From contig JANJGN010000012.1 of NCBI GenBank assembly GCA_026770705.1, positions 128,712,001 to 128,776,000 on the forward strand: DNA of 64,000 bases, in the 5' to 3' direction. This DNA is from Isurus oxyrinchus (Eukaryota). Positions 27,277 to 39,149 of the stretch are shown here, piece by piece. A program made the translations under genes and the position numbers. Positions within the stretch are counted from its first letter, which is position 1. Every line of letters begins with the position of its first letter. The notes under the pieces were generated by a model that had not been told where the DNA came from, searched no databases, and saw only the letters and a list, made by a program, of their open reading frames with translations.

Positions 27277-27548
27277 CTGCAAAAACATAAAGAAGCTGGA
27301 AATAGGAGAGAACAAGGACTCAGTAATCTGCTCTACTCATTGTCCAGTGAGTCCAGATGGTAAAAGGTCTCTTTTGGACTCTTGAGTGTATGAATTATAG
27401 GAGTGATATCAACAATATATTCTTTGCCTCAACTGCTACTGGATGCAGAAGTCTTCAATATTCAATCATCTTTATTTTTGCTCAATTTATGCTAATTGAA
27501 CTATTGACCAGATTTAATCCAGGAAATGGGATGTACTGCCATAGTTAC

Positions 27549-27603
27549 CTGTTTCATTTTCACTCAATATTGACACAGAAAAATCCATTGGGCTGCTGAA
27601 ATC
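27549..27603 (-). CDS. Putative 55-nt internal exon (DFSSPMDFSVSILSENET, phase 0 to 1)
   Basis: Acceptor cccctttgtcatctccctaag|, donor CAG|gtaact; only one open frame, compatible with both neighbouring exons. Confidence 0.55.
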
Positions 27604-28199
27604 CTTAGGGAGATGACAAAGGGGATAGATACAGAAAGATAGCCAAAATTAAAAGTAAGTTAGAATTATATCAGTGTCATACTTTGCAGGAGAGTGCACC
27701 AAATTTAACAAATCTGACATCAGCATTGTTGTGTAGAATAAAGTGAAAGATAGGAGACAGTTGTTTCAGCAGTAGAGGAAATATTAGAAAGCACAAAGGC
27801 TTCAGGTCATGAGGCCACTGTAGGATGCAGATGATGGATTTGTTTGCTCAGAAAAAGTGAAGGAGACTTCCCATTTAAACAGAAGTCACATGAATGTTTG
27901 GAGGAAGTGTATGTTAATTGGGAATCCAACTCTCGTTAACCTTTTAAGAATGTTACAGATTATTCTATGCCATACCAAAGTATTCAAATTGTTAAATCTG
28001 GTCAATAGTTAAATTAGAAGATAAGGCTAATTGAAGGGGGTAGAAATAGGCTTAAGTGGGGTATAACTACCGACACAGATCAGTTGGACCAAATGGCCTT
28101 TTTTGTTATGAATTCTATGAATAAGAGAAAGTATTAAATGCACAAGTTTTACATTGTGTTTTGTTATTCACAACACACTTATTTTCTTGCAGGAATTGA

Positions 28200-29975
28200 A
28201 AATCCCAAGATATTCAATAAGTATATCAATGGGAAAAGGATAACCAGGGAAAGAGTAGAACCCATTAGGGATCAAGGGGGCAATCTATGGGTGGAGCCAG
28301 AGGACATCGGTAGAGTGTTGAACGAATACTTCACATCCATCTTCATCCAAAAGAATGAGGATGAAGATATTGAACTTGGGAGAGAGACTGTGAGGTTCTT
28401 GAGCAAATTGATATAGGGAGTGACAAGGTATTGGAGGTGTTGGCAGGCTTAAAAGTGGACAAATCTCCAGGTCCAGATAATTTATGTCCCAGACTGCTGT
28501 GGGATGCAAGGGAGGATGTCGCAGGGGCTCTGACCCAAATTTTTAATTCCTCTCTGGCCACGGGGAAGGTGCCAGAGGACTGGAGAACAGTTAATGTGGT
28601 TCTGCTATTTAAGAAGGGTTGTAGAGAGAAGCCAGGGAACTACAGGCCAGAGAGTCTCATGTCAGTGGTAGGGAAACTATTGGAGAAAATTCTGAAGGAG
28701 AGAATCTGTCTCCACTTGGAGAGGCGAGGTTTGATCAGGGATAGTCAGCATAGCTTTGTCATGGGGAGGTCATGCCTAACAAATTTGACTGAATTTTTTG
28801 AGAAGGTGACCAAGTGTGTAGATAAGGGTAGTGCAGTTGATGTAGTTTATATGGACTTCAGCAAAGCCTTTGACAAGGACCCACATGGGAGACTTATGAA
28901 GAAGGCAAATGTACAATTGTATACAGGTCATTTGATGAGATGGATTCAAATTTGGCTTAGTTGCAGGAGACAGAAGGTGATGACAAAAGGATTGCTTTAA
29001 TGACTGGAAGTCAGTGTCCACTGGCATACCACAGGGATCTGTGCTGGGTCCCCTATTATTCATCATTCATATAAATGACATAGATGACTATCTGGGGGGT
29101 AGGATTGGTAAGTTTGCGGATGGTAGCTAACAGTGAGGTTGAGTGTCTTGGGCTACAGAAAGATATAGACGGGATGGTCAAATGGACAGATAAGTGGGAG
29201 ATGGAATTTAACCCTGAAAAGTGTGGGGTGATACACTTTGGAAGGAGTCATTTGACAAGGAAGTATTCAATGAATGGCATGGCACTAGGAAGTTCTGAGG
29301 AAAAAAGGGACCTTGGCATGTGTGTCCATAGATCTCTGAAGGCGGAGGGGCATGTTAGTGGGTTGGTGAAAAAGGCATATGGGACACTTGCCTTTATCAA
29401 TCGAGGCATAGATTACAAAAGTAGGGAGGTCATGTTGGAGTTGTTTCGAACCTTGGTGAGGCCACAGCTGGAGTACTACGTGCAGTTCTGGTCACCACAT
29501 TATAGGATGGATGTGATTGCACTGGAGGGGGTGCAGGGGAGATTCACCAGGATGTTGCCAGGGATGAAACCTTAAAGTTCTGAAGAGAGGTTGGATAGAC
29601 TTGGGTTGTTTTCGTTGGAGCAGAGAAGACTGAGGGGCAACCTGATCAAGGTGTACAAGATTATGAGGGGCATGGTGGATAGGGAGCAGCTATTTCCCTT
29701 AGTTGAAGGGTCAGTCATGAGGGTACATAAGTTTAAGGTGAGGGGCAGGAGGTTTGGGGGGATGTAAGGGTGGTGACAGTCTGGAATGCGCTGCCTGGGA
29801 GGGTGGTGGAGGCGGGTTGCCTCACATCCTTTAAAACATACCTGGATGAGCACTTGGCACGTCATAACATTCAAGGCTATGGGCCAAGTGCTGGTAAATG
29901 GGTCAGATGTTTCTCACATGTCGGTGCAGACTCGATGGGCCGAAGGGTCTCTTCTGCACTCTGTGATTCTGTGAT
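28200..29975 (+). mobile_element. 5'-truncated HER1-type CR1 LINE, ORF2/RT pseudogene
   Basis: KSPGPD, PGNYRP, VDVVYMDFSKAFDK, GIPQGSVLGP, RPQLEYYVQFWSPHY motifs with frameshifts; tail ctgtgattctgtgatt. Confidence 0.95.
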
Positions 29976-30159
29976 TTGGCTGAACTCGGGTATTAATATG
30001 TTGCAAATCACTAATATGCACAGTTTCTTAATAATAAAAACAGCACACATTTTGTCATTTTGAAGAGGAAAAAGCTGAGCCTTGTTTTAATTATGATGGT
30101 GCAGCATTCAATTACTGCAAGGTCTCTGCAACTCTAAACACGAGTGATGGCTTTATAAT

Positions 30160-30540
30160 GTGGATTGAGAGGGTTTAGTTATGAGGAGAGAGGGAATCTT
30201 TTACGCTGAAGGTTAATTGGAGATCTAATAATACGTTCAAGGTTATGAAAAGTTTTGATTATGATAAATTGGGAAAAAAAGGTATTTCCACTGGTTGGTA
30301 AGAGAGTATAAATTTAAGGTCATTATCATTAGAATGAAGAGAGAGGTTAGGAAAGTATATTTTAAAAACATAAGAGAATTATTACAACCCTACCGGAAAG
30401 AGTGAATGACATAGAATCCCTAATAGCTTTCAAAAGAAAAGTGATTAAATACTTGAACATTTAAAAGGTACAGGAAAAGAACCAGGACAGGTGCTTAGGG
30501 CTGAATGGCATCTTCAATGCTGTAAAGGTCGATGATTCAG
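30160..30540 (+). mobile_element. Old CR1 3' fragment
   Basis: gggtttagttatgaggagag...ggagatctaata...gggctgaatggc. Confidence 0.6.
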
Positions 30541-31030
30541 TGTAAATGATACTAACATGTCACATGATTGAAAACAGAAGGAAAAATCTTTTGCAACAAT
30601 TTTACAAGAGTAGGGATTTATCTTTAATTAACCTGTCTTATGAAAAGGAGACACAGAGTTCCTTCTTCCTCTCCAGGACCGTCATTTTGGGTCTCCTGTG
30701 CCCATCATCCTGGAGCTTCACCTTACTTCCTATAAACCTGGATCTCAATCTTTCCCTCATAATCTGGCCCTTGTGCCTTTACGAAGATTTTTATGTATTA
30801 TTGGAACCTAGGTGAACAGTAGTTAGATAATGCCTAAAATGGGCTTCACAAGCTTGTAGCTTGTAGGAAGAAGGGAAGATTAGTGTGAATGGTCATGCGG
30901 TCTCAACTTTGGATTATTACTGTGATGCAAAAATGGCAGATCTCAAATGAAGATGCAGGGCCAAGAGGAGACCAGGACAGTGAGAATGGTGTGGATTGCA
31001 CTAGCAAACTGCTATGCTGTAAACTTGTAA

Positions 31031-31712
31031 GGGAGGATTTTCCCCTCGTCAGATAGGCAAGCCCAGGAGGGGCCACGCAAAGGTCTGTCACCCGTGATTG
31101 GACCCCGACTGCGATTTCACACAGGTTGGCCAATTAATGGCCAGCCAACGTGAAAAGTGCGCTGATATCCTCAGCGTTGCTGGGGTGGGGGTGGGAGGAG
31201 GGCAAGCCCTGAAGTGTGCGCATGTGCGAGGGTGCACTCAGTGAAAGCTCCCTGAAGGCACAGAGCTGCCTCAGAAAGCTGAAGATTTTTAACATGAGAA
31301 ATAAAGATTTTAAAAGTAGGGAAACCATGTCCCCACACGTGACTCCGTCACATGAACAAGGACATCTGAAATATGAGTTTTAAAATTTATTTTTTTTTAG
31401 TCACTGTTCGAAATCTTGTCCCACCTGTGGATGAGGTTTCGCAAAAAATGTAAAGGCCGTCTGGCCTATTCGCCTAGCTGCCAACCGTAAGGCTGGAAGG
31501 GCAGCGAAAAATTCAATTTAATTAATTGATTAAGGTGCTTAACAGCCCTCTTAATTGTCGGCGAGCACGCTGCTGAGTCTTACACGCGGCCGCCGACCGA
31601 AATATCGCGCGAGTGCGCGATGATGTCGTGACACTCATCTGACATCATCGCGCACTATTTCACACTCATGCGCGCCAGGCGCAGGCCTGCATGCAGAGCT
31701 GAAAATCTGCCC
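31031..31712. mobile_element. CpG-rich non-autonomous TIR element (Harbinger-like MITE)
   Basis: TIRs gggaggattttc / gaaaatctgccc, preceded by TAA; sharp GC/CpG contrast with the flanks. Confidence 0.65.
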
Positions 31713-32056
31713 GTATTGTTCTTGAATTTCCAGTTGAATTGTGCAAGTGCAAATTTGTACAAAGAAGCACCTTAGGTACAGTGAAATAAATAAAGATCAT
31801 TTTAAATTAATGTTACTTCTTCAGCATCAAACGTCCATGGGTTTTCTAATGTCATTAGGTTCAAGGTTTTGGTACCGCTGCTACTCACTTAGAGAAAATC
31901 TCTTTTAAAAATTGCCTAGCCTGAATGTTAATGTCTATTTTGCTTTCATTTTTTAAAAACATGCTGATAATATCTTTGCTTGAATAGCTTATTCTCTATT
32001 CCTTATTATACATTAGTAGAAAGAGGCAGCAACATTAACAGGAATATATATTTCGT

Positions 32057-32294
32057 AACAAAAACAGAATTACCTGGAAAAACTCAGCAGGTCTGGCAGC
32101 ATCGATGGAGAAGAAAAGAGTTGACGTTTCGAGTCCTCATGACCTTTCGACAGAACTCCGTTCTGTCGAAAGGTCATGAGGACTCGAAACGTCAACTCTT
32201 TTCTTCTCCATCGATGCTGCCAGACCTGCTGAGTTTTTCTAGGTAATTCTGTTTTTGTTTTGGATTTCCAGCATCCGCAGTTTTTTGTTTTTAT
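32057..32294. mobile_element. Fold-back Penelope pLTR mini-element
   Basis: Inverted arms 32057-32156 and 32160-32259 (99/100 match, 3-nt loop), 35-nt T-rich tail, 14-bp TSD atatatatttcgta (32044-32057, 32295-32308). Confidence 0.9.
32160..32196 (+). ncRNA. Minimal type-I hammerhead ribozyme motif (variant core), mirrored on minus strand at 32120-32156
   Basis: gtt-CTGTCGA-a-aggtc-atgag-gactc-GAAAC-GTC-aac: stem I gtt/aac, stem II, GAAA, GUC site; the core has U at position 6. Confidence 0.6.
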
Positions 32295-32699
32295 ATATAT
32301 ATTTCGTACTCTGCACTGATACACAATCCAAATGTATAAGCAATGATAGGGCATTACACACCTTACTTTACACTGAAATTCAATCCCAGAATTAGCTGGA
32401 GAGAGACACTCCTTATTCTGTATTGGTACAAGTCCCAGATTTATGACGTGCGTAATATGCTACTTATTATAATCCGATTTTTCAGGAGTGCAACTCCTTT
32501 TTATTCCAGATCAGTATCCTCAGGGTTATCAGGAATGTAACATACTCCCTACTCTGTACGGAGTATGGAAAAATTATTTCTCATGTTCACTCTTGATATA
32601 GCCGAGAATATTTTTACAAGCCAAGTAATCCTTGTGCAGAAGCAAGGAAATTCTGCTAAACAGTCATAAATCATTGGTTAGGCCTCAGCCTAGTGAAGG

Positions 32700-33030
32700 T
32701 TTAAGGAAGGATTAAATAGAGGTTTTCAGAATTATGAGAGTTTTGATGGTGTAACTAAGGAGGAACTGGTTCCACTAACAGGACAGTCAATAGCCAGTGA
32801 AATAAGATACAAAATAATTGGTAGAAGGATCAAAGGCTAGCAGGTTATTGTGATCTTGAATGTGCTGTCTGAAAGGGCGGTGGAAGCTGATTCAGTCATA
32901 ATTTTCAAAAGAGAGTTGGATAAATACTTAAAGGAGAAAGGATTTTAGGACTATGGAGAAAGAATAGGATTAATTGGATAGTTCTTTTAAGAAGCTAGCA
33001 TGACAATGGTGGACTGAATGGCCTCCTATG
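32700..33030 (+). mobile_element. Old CR1 3' fragment
   Basis: gaggttttcagaattatgagag...ttcaaaagagagttggataaatactt...gactgaatggcctcct. Confidence 0.7.
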
Positions 33031-33232
33031 AAATCAGTTGGCATTATTCTGCTTCACAATGTTAGTCTCAAAGTCAGCTGTTTCATTTGTCACAGAACAA
33101 TATTTTTACTAATTTTGATAAATTCCTATGCACAGCACATACACTTCTGAAAAGGACTCATTCATTTTTATATAGAAGGAAACATCAAAGACTGCATAGC
33201 AAAACATGTGTCCGAATCTAAAAGTAATTTAC

Positions 33233-33271
33233 CTGTTTTGTTGAACTTCTTTTTAACTTGTCTTCAATTAG
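33233..33271 (-). CDS. Putative 39-nt internal exon (LIEDKLKRSSTKQ, phase 0 to 0)
   Basis: Strong acceptor ttctcccctctcatttctcttcag| and donor CAG|gtaaat; only one open frame. Confidence 0.6.
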
Positions 33272-33574
33272 CTGAAGAGAAATGAGAGGGGAGAATTATT
33301 AGAGGATCAGGTAGTGAGCAGCGCTGAAGTGGATGTGATGGGACATATGTAAGTAATATCTTTAAACACACAGCAAGAAAACAGATGACAAGATATCAAT
33401 TAATATGACATATGAACATGAAAGCTGTAATTCCCTCTGAGCTGCCTCTCAACAGACTTAGTAATTTTTATCCACATGAACATGCCAGTAGCAGACCTGA
33501 AGGTTAGCAGCAAAGCTACACCAAGACCTACTGCAAAATTGATGGTATCAACCATGATCATCTCTGTGTCAGGA

Positions 33575-33865
33575 GATTGTGGGTTCGTGTTCCACTCCAG
33601 AGATTTGGGGGCAAAAAATCTAAACAATCACTCCGGTGCAATATTGTACGAGTGCCATACTGTCAGAGGTGTTCTCTGTCAGATGAGTCGTTTAAAAAAA
33701 AAAGGCATTGTCCACTCTCTCAGATGAAAGTAAAGGATCCAATGGCACTATTTCAGAGACCAGGAGAGTTATCCTTAGTGCACATGTCAACATTAACCCC
33801 TTAACCAACATACAAAACAGATCACTTGGTTATTATTGCATTGTTGTTTGTAGGACCTTGCAGTC
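33575..33865 (+). mobile_element. SacSINE1-like SINE
   Basis: gggttcgtgttccactccagagattt...gtaaaggatccaatggcactattt...ttgtttgtaggaccttgc. Confidence 0.65.
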
Positions 33866-34411
33866 CCAGAGAATTCAATCATAGGTTATGGTCTACAGTT
33901 GAAGGCAAGGTAGAGCTCAGCAAGGTGACACCATCAGATTACAACACAGTTTACAACAGCTGACCGGAAGAACCCTCATGGAAATTCAACCTCTATAATT
34001 TAATACTGACTGGCACCATCAGTACCAGTATGGCAGATAAAGTTTGTTGCCAGGAACTTGAGTGAAAAGAAAAATATCCCGCATCTAACTGCACAGGAAC
34101 TGCAAAAAAAAAACATTTTGCCTTGTAATGTTATGCTAAAGGCTAGTGGAAGTTAAGTCTGCTATTAACAGAGGTACAGGCAATGAGTATAAACTCGAGA
34201 TTGCCAAATCAGCAATTCTACCTCCAGAAGAGAAGCACAAGCAGATTTCAGATGCTATGAATATAAACAGAAGACCACTTAATCAATATAACATCAACCA
34301 TACAATTGCAAGGCTTCAACAAAAGATGCAATAAACCAGGTTCTAGTAATAAAGCCTTATCCGTGCCTTTTGGGATATGCTATAACTGTCTCTATTCTGG
34401 GTTATAATAAG

Positions 34412-35253
34412 GGTTACGAATGTAGAGTTTTGGTTTCAGTTTAAGGTGAATTGGGGGTTATTAACTTTTGGTTTGGTTTAGTATGCCTTTGTGTGTTTAG
34501 AAACCATGCTTGAACATTTGACCCAGCTAGAGGCATTTAGAAGCAAGACAGCTCTGAGGTTGCTATGGGGAAAAATTCTGAGGGTAGAGCTGTGCTCTAA
34601 ATGGAAAACTGGTGGGTTTGGGTATCTTTTTAGGAAAACGTACATCTAACAGGCTGCAGACGTCCAGATTGTTATGTTTAACCAGAGTTCTGTTTGTTTA
34701 GAGAGGAATAGAGGGATTTTTAGAGAATTGGGTGGGACCAAGTAGCAATGCAAAAAAACGAGGTCTAGCTACAGAATAGATGTCAAGGGAGCATCTATGT
34801 GTGTCTGGTGGGTTGCGGCGTGTACCTGTCAGTGACGCCTATAGTTAGACTGGGAGGTCACATCGGCAGGAAGATACCATAGACCTGAGATGTGACCTGT
34901 GCAGTCAGACCCAGAGAAAAAGGAACTGCCTTCCAGAGTGTGTGTATTTTTAAAAGCCTATCTGAGTGAAAACAATTAAGTTGGGCTAAATCTGTTGGAT
35001 TGAGTTTAATGTGAAAGCCCATACTGTTTAGAATCATTATCTTATTTGTTCAGTGTACCTATTTAGTCATTATTGTTTGTGGGGTTTTTTTAAGTTTGTA
35101 TGGTAAAGATTATTTTGCTATTTCAATTTAACCTTGGCATCCTGCCGCTTATTTCCTTACCCTTGGTTCTTCCACACATTATATTCTTTAAATGATTATG
35201 GTCTATCAAGCCAGATCCTAACAAGTACCCGGCCTGGCCAGTGTTCTTGTAAC
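34412..35253 (+). mobile_element. Solo-LTR-like sequence
   Basis: Begins GTTAC, ends GTAAC (short inverted termini); T-rich U5-like 3' part. Confidence 0.4.
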
Positions 35254-35899
35254 TGGAATCCTAACAGATGCCACAAGGGTAATTTAGCAAACAGGAAGAA
35301 TGATTTAAAAAAACACACACATGGTTATAGTAGGCAATAACTACATGACTCTGTCTGGAGACAAAGTTGTGCCATAAATGGAACTAATTGAGGTCCAATG
35401 GTAACTCATCCTGGCCTAAAGCAGAAGGTGAGGTGCAGCACAAAAAGATGACACAAAGGATGATGTAATGCAGCAGCACCAGTGCATCAATCACCTAATT
35501 ACAGCCAAGAACAAAACCACAATCCTACATCAACTTGCCAAGGATGTTCAAATATCTTTTTTTCAAGGAGCAGGTTGTCTCAAGAAAAAATAACATTTGA
35601 GTCTGAATTTTGAGGCGATAAAGGTGATTCTCCTGCCTGTGAAAGTACTTACACATTAAAAAGCTCATCAAGGAGGAACCTGAGAGGCTAACTAAGTTGA
35701 AGATGAAATTTCATAACTGGGGTGATACTTTGGTAATAAAGTTGTACTCACTAATCAGCCTGGGGAAATGAGACTCTGTGCAGACCCTAGAGTTATGAAC
35801 AGAGTTAAAGAGAAAGCACTATCCACATTATTGGTGCCTCAATGCTTTGTCCATCAGCCCCTAAGTAGACTCTAATTCATCCAAAACACTGTAGTCGGT

Positions 35900-36310
35900 G
35901 AAAAATCCTACCCCCATGTCACCTGGTTTCACTGTCTCCCTGCCCTGAAGCATGTTGAATTCAAAATCCTCATCCTCATTGTCAAATCCACCTGTGATTT
36001 AACCCAACCGTATAATCACCTTCATCCCTATATCCAAGCTTGGAGCCCTGTGCCCACTTCATTATCACTGGCAAATCCTTCATCCATCAAACTCCTGTAT
36101 GGTTCGTAAACTGACTTTGACAACTGACTTTGTAAATATTTATGTGTTTCTACATTCTGCTTTCAAATATATACCTCCTCAATATTTATGTCTCTGACCA
36201 TACCTTTCTTAATCGTTCTCTTCCACTGTCTGTTTGGTGTCCATTGTTCCTCCTCTAAGGCAATTTGGAATTTTTTCGCAGGATGGAAGGAGCTATACAA
36301 ATGGGAGTTA
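35900..36310 (+). mobile_element. Old L2-type 3' fragment
   Basis: ttcaaaatcctcatcctc...ggagctatacaaatg, resembles 54895-55605. Confidence 0.5.
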
Positions 36311-38221
36311 CTTTCATAGTCATTGTGTACTATTCACAAAGCGTCACTAGATTGAAGCTGAAGGAAAGTATTCAGAGCCTTGGATATAGGAAAATTGCAG
36401 GTAGCTCTGGATGAATGGAATGTCTTTCTTAGAAGTTTTAATATTCAATTTGGCCAATATAAATGGCAGCATATGTCAGGAAACCTTCAGCAAAAGCTTA
36501 ATGAAACAATAGAACTGCTTCAAATGGCAGTTGCTGCAGATCACACTGGTGTATGGTGAAGGTGATGCAGTTAAACATCCACAAGCAACTATAGTGACTA
36601 TATTACTAAGGTTGGATCCTTCGTGGAAGTATTGTAATCTAAAACGCAACAAAGATAAGGCTACACTAAGGATGTAAAAAATTCCATTCATAGACACCTC
36701 ATTACCTGAGCCAAATAAAGTTTGTTCAGTTTGGGAGATGCAATGTTCATGATTTATTTGGGTTTGTCCCTTATCTCATTGAATTTTTTTTACTGAAGCT
36801 CAGTAATCTATATTAGCCACTGAGAAACATAACACTTGAAGACATATTGGTTACACATTCACTACCCCGACCAAGCAATTGAACTAGTCAAGTTGCAAAG
36901 GATGTTAACACAATTTCAGATATATAAGGCATCAGCCAGAAAAGCAGCTGTAGCTGACTGATGCCTTAAACAGGGCTTATTTACTCTATTGTTGCAAGAA
37001 TGAGCTATAGGAATGGTCAAAGACAATTTATTTGACAGAAGACCTATATGTATGCAAGGTCTTAGTCTATGAGCCAATGAATCAAAGCATAAAAACGTCC
37101 AGATTTTAAACAGCCTGATCTTGAATGAGAGCGAGAAAGAGGCTCAAAATCCAGTTCTATCATCCTTTATTTGCCAACTTGAACTCAGTTCCCACAATAA
37201 TATCCTATTTAAAGGAGAACAAGCAATCATCCCAAAGGTACTGGGGAAAGACATGATGCCATGTTCCTATCCATTCTCTGTTGGAGTAGAAAGTACCTTG
37301 AGAAGGGAACGCAAACGTCTCTCTACAGGCCACAGGTAGATACAGAACTGCAATATTATATTGAGTATTGTAACATTTACAAACAGTAGGAGATTCAAAA
37401 AGTGATGCTGATATATCACAAAGTATTTGATCACCCCTGGGCAAAAGATGGCATTGATTTTTTTCTTTTGGTTTGTTTATGCTGTATGGTAATGACTGAT
37501 CACTATCAGTCACCATTCATAGAACCATGGGGCTGAATTTGCCCACTCGCCAACGCACAAAATGACACGGGATGATGTCAGGTGGGGCGTTGGGGGTGGG
37601 GGGGGGGTAAGTATCAGATCACTCGATCTTGGATGAAAGTGACTGCTGGTTATGCAGGGAGCCCACATGAAATAATTATTCAGCATCTTCTTTATGAAAA
37701 TCAGGATATTAACGTTGAGTATAGGAGCCTGGTGCAAAGATTAGTTATTGAATGGTGGAGTTTGTGCTGAGCATGGTGCACCATTTTGTTCCAGCTATTC
37801 AGTAACCTAACCAGTGATCCTTAAAGCAACCATTGAAGTCCGTCCCCAAGAAAGGTAATAAAGTTTTATTTTAATCATTTCATTTCTGCACTCATTCTGG
37901 AGTGTACTGCACCACACTGCTTGTCCAAGCTTGACAAGCCCTCCACTCCACTTTGTCTAGCAATGCATCCACTCAACACCCAAGACACACCAACAGGAAG
38001 GCCCAATGTCAGAGCTGGCTGAAATTCTTAAGTCCCTGATTAGAAAGCTGGCCAAGTGGCACCCACAGCTTGCTGGTTTGGTTCAAGTGAGGCCCCAATG
38101 TCATATTTGGCTCTGGCCTCTGACTAACATCTTTGGAGATGAATTTGAATTTTGCTGCCTATTTTATGCCACATGTTGAATTTCTCCCCAAGTTTGTTTT
38201 TAACCTTCCTTTTTCTGATTA

Positions 38222-39149
38222 ATGATGAAAAGAGGAACATTCTTTTGTCAAAGCTTTTTGTCTTGTACTCATCAGGACAATTCACAAGAATACTAAATGT
38301 AAAGGGAACAATTTGTACTGTATCAGAAGAGAGTGCTGATTGGGTGGCAAGTGGACTCCAGTTGGTAGAGGTATTGCCATGGAGAATGTGCCTATTGATG
38401 GTGTCTGACAGTTAACTGTCAAGCATTGTTTGATATTTAAACCAGACAGCGTGACTCTGATTGGCCAAGGCATTACCCTGAGGCACTTATTTTGTTTCGC
38501 TGAAACAGGCACAGTGTACATGTTCTTACTGTCTGCAGAGAATGGGGCCCTATGTATTACTACATGTAGCTTTCAGTACACACAAATGCCCAACACTGCA
38601 AGCCCAACTGACAATCTTAAATATGTTTTCAGCATAATTCTTAGCACATTGAGGGTTATTTAGTAAATGTTGTCCAATTGCAGAATCACACCTAATGTTG
38701 GACGCTGTGTTTTGAGTTTTGCAAGCATGGGCTGATTGGCTATGGTCTGTTCCTTTCCTGTTATGAACAGTGGAAGGGACACAATAACAAAAAGAACATG
38801 TAGACACTTTATGCCTGTTTCAGCTAAACAAAATAAGTGACTGCCTCACTTCACTGCTTCATTCCTCAGGGCAGTGCCTTACCAATCAGAGTCAAGCAGC
38901 CTGGTTTAAATTTCAAATCATGCTAGGCAGTTAACTGACATTCACCACCAATAGATGCATTCTCCATGACAACGCCTCTACCAATCAGAGTCCACTTGCC
39001 AACCAATCAGCACTCGCTTCTGATATAGTATAAATTGTTGCTTATATTGGTATTCTTGCAGTGTCTTGATGAATGCAAGATGAAATGCTTTGACAAAAAA
39101 GCTTCCTTTCTTCAGCAATACACAAGTTCTGTACTACCAAATGACTATG
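38222..39149. mobile_element. Penelope-like element, second family: inverted pLTRs around a GIY-YIG C-terminal remnant
   Basis: Arms about 38225-38530 and 38790-39115 are reverse complements; minus ORF CDSAIGQHLLNNPQCAKNY..FKIVS; hammerhead motifs at 38245-38280 (-) and 39062-39096 (+); possible TSD ttctgatta. Confidence 0.8.

Noticed and set aside
31980-32354. Two opposite-strand ORFs with nearly identical peptides (TKTELPGKTQQVWQHR...)
   Set aside because: Artefact of the palindromic PLE mini-element.
27192-33271. Selenoprotein or read-through reading: the alternative frame across the three exons is interrupted only by TGA codons (N*RQVKKKFNKTGFQQPNGFFCVNIE*K*NSYELQ...)
   Set aside because: A stop-free frame exists, I saw no SECIS element and no resemblance to known selenoproteins; three TGAs can arise by chance. 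A pseudogenised or isoform-specific frame is not excluded.
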